12,858 nucleotides of DNA from Octopus sinensis (taxonomy: Eukaryota): assembly GCF_006345805.1 (NCBI RefSeq), contig NW_021826473.1, positions 1 to 12,858 of the forward strand, in the 5' to 3' direction. Shown here piece by piece: positions 8,654-12,858 of the stretch. How positions within the stretch are numbered: the stretch's first letter is position 1; every line of letters starts with the position of its first letter. The position numbers and the translations under genes were made by a program. The notes under the pieces are model-generated. The model made no database searches. It was not told where the DNA came from and was given only the letters and a program-made list of their open reading frames with translations.

Positions 8654-9068
8654 AAGGTGGCAAGCTGGCAGAAACGTTAGCACGCCGGGCGAAATGCGTA
8701 GCCGTATTTCGTTTGCCGTTACGTTCTGAGTTCAAATTCCGCCGAGGTCGACTTTGCCTTTCATCCTTTCGGGGTCGTTTAAATAAGTACCAGTTACGCA
8801 CTGGGGTCGATATAATCAACTTAATCCGTCTGTCTGTCCTTGTTTGTCACCTTTGTTTAGCCCCTTGTGGGTAGTAAAGAAATAGGTATTTCGTCTGCCT
8901 CTATGTTCTGAGTTCAAATTCCGCCGACTTTGCCTTTCATCCTTTCGGGGTCGATTAAATAAGTACCAGTTACGCACTGGGGTCGATATAATCGACTTGA
9001 TCCGATTGTCTGTCCTTGTTTGTCACCTCTGTGTTTAGCCCTTTGTGGGTAGTAAAGAAATACAAATA
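8654..9068 (+). mobile_element. tRNA-derived SINE (second octopus-type family) with tandemly duplicated ~180-bp 3' module and 15-bp TSD
   Basis: Head GGTGGCAAGCTGGCAGAAACG (A-box-like, 8666-8676); B box GTTCAAATTCC (8730-8740). Module 8704-8885 is repeated at 8886-9063. GATATTATATTTGTT flanks both sides (8639-8653 and 9069-9083). Confidence 0.9.
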
Positions 9069-9630
9069 GATATTATATTTGTTTTTCTGTCAAAGTATAT
9101 ATATATAAACATAATTTAGCATAGCAACAAAGAGTAGTTAACTACATTTTAGTAAAATACGTATTTTTTAAATTTTTACCAGGAAAAGATTGACATTGAC
9201 TTCAAAGTTTTGGCTTGCTCTCATTTAAACAGTTTTACTTGGATTCCATTTGGTTTCATGTACATTTGGCAAGTTGTTTTAGAGTAGTTGGAGCTATGCG
9301 AATGATAATTAGATACGGTGTTGCGGCACAGAGAAAGCAGCTGTGTAGGAGGAAAGTGCTGAGAGCAGATAGAAGGAAAATATTTATATGTAAGGTTTCA
9401 GCAGAAAATGTTCGTGCTTTGATGTCTCAATTATGTTATTGTTTAGAGTTCAGCCAGGGGTGGAAGTGAAGGTGTAAATAGATGTGTCAAATTCAGAACA
9501 TGAAATTATTTGTATAGAAAGTTTTGTTGTTGTATTATGAGTTTACAATAGAATGCTTGTAGATAAATTCATGGATCGAATCGCATAGATCAGATTTTTG
9601 TTGAAATAATGATTGAATTATTAGATTTTT

Positions 9631-9720
9631 ATGGAGAAAATTTAGAGTGATTATTTGGCAAGCTTAAGAATCCATATGGAGAATATTTAGAGTGATTATT
9701 TGGCAAGGTTAAGAATCCAT
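9631..9720. repeat. 45-bp tandem duplication (2 copies, 2 mismatches)
   Basis: ATGGAGAAAATTTAGAGTGATTATTTGGCAAGCTTAAGAATCCAT followed by ATGGAGAATATTTAGAGTGATTATTTGGCAAGGTTAAGAATCCAT. Confidence 0.9.
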
Positions 9721-9914
9721 TTTGTTGTATAAATACCGGTAAGGCAATGCATTATGCAAAGTATTATGTATATACACTATCTTTTGTCAGATGGGAATGT
9801 GACACAAGTTGCCAAATGATTGAGGGCTTCACTAAAAATCAGCTACAATGAGGCCTGATTGGGTTTGACACGAAAATATGTGCTTCAATAATACCAGTTG
9901 TAATCTGCACATAT

Positions 9915-10082
9915 TCGTACATATATGAATATATATACACACAGACATTCACACACGCATACACACACATTAATATATATATATTATATAAAAATTTATG
10001 TTACATATTACATATATATATGAGTTGTGTGTGTGTATCTATATCTACCTATCTATTTGCCAGACTATATAAATATATCTTT

Positions 10083-10113
<31 letters not shown>

Positions 10114-10126
10114 AATTATAATATAT

Positions 10127-10157
<31 letters not shown>

Positions 10158-10320
10158 GTAATATATAGCATATATATATATACATATATATATATACATA
10201 TATTAGATATCATATATATATAATATATATATAATATATATATATATCCATATATATATATATATATATATATACATCCATATATATATATATATATATA
10301 TCCATACACATACAATATAT
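9915..10320. repeat. (TA)n-dominated compound microsatellite with CA/TG/CCAT interruptions
   Basis: Direct reading. Confidence 0.9.
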
Positions 10321-10354
10321 AAGATCTTATGCAGATAGAACAACGAGCGGTGGA

Positions 10355-10440
10355 AGAGACAGAGAAGGCGAAAGATAGAGAGAGAAGGGAGAGAAAGAAA
10401 GAGAGAGAGAGAGATTAGACAGACGGGCACAGACAGAAGA
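10355..10440. repeat. Purine-rich (GA)n/(GAAA)/(GACA) low-complexity tract
   Basis: Direct reading. Confidence 0.8.
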
Positions 10441-10590
10441 CAAGGATGGTGAAGCCGGGGAATTAATAACATTCAGAAGACAGATCGAGGAAATGAAATT
10501 GAGATCAAAGTGAAACAACAAAGCAAAATTGGTATGAAAAAAGAAAACCAATTCAAAGTTGATTCTACATGGAATAATCTACTGATAGCA

Positions 10591-11206
10591 GTGTGTATGT
10601 GTGTGTGTGTGTGAGTGTGTGTGTGTATGTGTGTGTTTGTGCGTGTGTGTGTGCGTTTGCTTGTGCGTGAATGATGCCGCATAGATTAGTATGTATGTAT
10701 GTATGTATGTGCATGCGTGTATGTATGTATGTATGCATGTATGTATGTCTGTGTATGTATGTATGTATGTGTATGCATGTATGTATGTATGTATGTATGT
10801 GTGTGTGTATGTATGTGTGTATATGTATGTATGTATGTGTGTGTATGTATGTATGTATGTATGTATGTATGTATATATATATTGATAAATAGATAGATAG
10901 ATAAATAGATAGATAGATAGAGAGGCCGATACAGAGGTAGATGGATAGATGTATACACACACAGACATATAGATACATATATATTCTCATTGTGTTCTAC
11001 GTTTTTTGGTGTCCTGTACCCATATATGCATGTATAAATACATGTAGAGGTAGGTACGTACATATATGTATGTATATATGCATATGTTTTATTTATCTAT
11101 TAATTTATTATATATATATATATATGTATTTGGTATTTGTACATTTACATACAACGTATATATAACTTGATACGTGTCCATATGTGTGTGTGTGCGTGTG
11201 TGTGTG

Positions 11207-11250
<44 letters not shown>
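10591..11250. repeat. Compound (TG)n, (TATG)n, (GATA)n, (TA)n microsatellites
   Basis: Direct reading; accounts for the many YIHT/MYVC ORFs in the track. Confidence 0.9.
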
Positions 11251-11251
<1 letters not shown>

Positions 11252-11545
11252 CCATGTGTACCTCTGGATCTGTATGTGTGATTGTTAAAATACTTCACTT
11301 GAAATATGGAATCGTAGATTCAACAAACTTCCTGCGAGGAATATATTCAAGATTTCGTGTGCGTATTTGTGTATGTGAGTGTGTGTTGGAAATTATATAC
11401 ATCAAAGAATACCGCCCTGCTTATAAACCCACTTACATAGACAAAGAGATGCATATCATTTGCATATACCTGTACAACTGTGTGTACACTAGCGTATCTA
11501 TCTATATGTAAGCAATTGTATGCGTTTATATATATATATATATAT

Positions 11546-11713
11546 ATAGAATGGTTGTATACTGTCAATCTAACACGAACGTGACAGTAGGGGGTACACC
11601 ACCGCTGTTTAGCCCTAGGAAGCATCGACGCCTCCTGATGGCTTTGACACATTTTCCTGTGTCCTTATACACAGTCACGTTCGTGTTAGATTGACAGTAT
11701 ACAACCATTCTAT
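11546..11713. repeat. Perfect 40-bp inverted repeat with 88-bp spacer (MITE-like)
   Basis: ATAGAATGGTTGTATACTGTCAATCTAACACGAACGTGAC (11546-11585) is the exact reverse complement of 11674-11713. It sits at the end of a (TA)n run; TA flanks 11549-11710 on both sides. Confidence 0.9.
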
Positions 11714-11766
11714 CGCCCCACCACCGTACATGTCTCTACGAGAGATTTAGAAATTTAGTATTTCTG

Positions 11767-11959
11767 ATATATATATATATATATTTATATATATATGTCT
11801 GTATGTATGTATGTATGTATGTATATATATACGCCTGTACATATTAATGCACGTGTATCTGTATACATATGTGTATCTATCTATCTATCTACCTATATAT
11901 GCACATACATATACGTATGTATATATATTTCGCATGTATACATGCATTTGTTTTTGTTC

Positions 11960-11992
<33 letters not shown>

Positions 11993-12010
11993 TGTATGTT
12001 TGTTTGTTTG
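11767..12010. repeat. Compound (TA)/(TATG)/(TCTA)/(TTTG) microsatellite
   Basis: Direct reading. Confidence 0.85.
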
Positions 12011-12858
12011 TTTTTGTATTTCCATTGTATCAAACTATTTATTATCCTTCGTTTGTCTTTTTATATACATTGACACATTTATACACACACAAACACCCAT
12101 TTATATATGTATAAACGTAGTCATTTGTTTCTCACATGCTGTGTCCAACATCACTCTGTACACGCACGCCAAGTTTTCTCAACGTTGCCGCACGAAATGT
12201 ACTAATATGTCGTTTCAGCTAAATTTATATACAACTTTTTCATACGAAATACGGCTTCCCACTAGAAGTGTGTGACTACCACCACTTCGCTCGTCGTGTG
12301 GTTGAGTATCTCTCTGACGTGAGCATACATCATGTGCGTATAGCTCAATTTTCGGCAAACTTCATATATGAAATAAAAAGTATGCTTATTCACAAGTGCA
12401 AACCCCGTAATTAAGAATGCTATTCATTCGCATCTACCCCGCCATCCTCCGAGACAACGCCATTTCTATTTTGTCTACTAGGACCATGAAGCAGTTTGAA
12501 TTATGGGAAATTTTATGTTCCATCCTAAATGTAAAGTTACGCCATATAAATTTAAGTTAATCCATATATATACTTACTGGAATGTGTCACGACGATAGTA
12601 AAATTCTACAAATTTTTAACAAGTTATACACAAAGGCCGGTTAATACAGACTTTCGTGTTTTAGATATAACAACACATTCTTTTCAGTCAGTCCCGCTTT
12701 TTGGTAAGAAATATGTAAAAGAACCTAAGGAAATTGATAAAAAAAAACAATAAATATTTCAGTCATATTATATCATCAGAATATTTAATGTTAAAAGTAT
12801 GTTTGGTGATACTAGTTATTGCACATATATGTGACTAGAAATGAATGATTTTAGCAAC

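Noticed and set aside
9739-9790. 52-nt GT-AG mini-intron (CCG|GTAAGG ... TTTTGTCAG|ATG)
   Set aside because: Flanking frames close within a few codons; no coherent coding context.
11605-11620. TGTTTAGCCC in the hairpin spacer, shared with the second SINE
   Set aside because: Only a 10-nt match; not significant alone.
12482-12703. Acceptor at 12481 and 39-nt or 16-nt microexon candidates ending at TTG|GTAAGA (12703); ATACTTACTGG resembling the U1 snRNA 5' end (~12570)
   Set aside because: No open coding context or homology; the U1 similarity stops after about 8 nt.
1-12858. CRISPR array, operon or prokaryotic/phage defence system
   Set aside because: No repeat-spacer array, no gene-dense coding, and the SINE, LINE and microsatellite content indicates animal genomic DNA.

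Overview
AT-rich, microsatellite-dense eukaryotic non-coding DNA (intronic or intergenic). It is most likely from an octopod cephalopod, inferred from recognising the tRNA-derived SINEs and the repeat landscape. No intact protein-coding gene, RNA gene or CRISPR array can be supported; the ORF track is explained by simple repeats or decayed transposon frames. The core of the window is a decayed, 5'-truncated CR1-like LINE (~4855-7370, +) that retains its 3' end and has been interrupted twice. One interruption is a young 341-bp insert flanked by a perfect 43-bp duplication and carrying a perfect 55-bp inverted repeat. The other is an internally deleted Tc1/mariner (DD37D/maT-like) element (~6284-6992). 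There are two tRNA-derived SINEs: 1266-1677 (-), whose 3' tail matches the LINE 3' end, and 8654-9068 (+), with a duplicated B-box-bearing module and a perfect 15-bp TSD. Three fold-back structures of 168-194 bp are also present. I see no convincing new gene-based system; the best leads are the mobile-element architecture (LINE/SINE partnership, odd insert, fold-backs, in-frame splice acceptor before a transposase).
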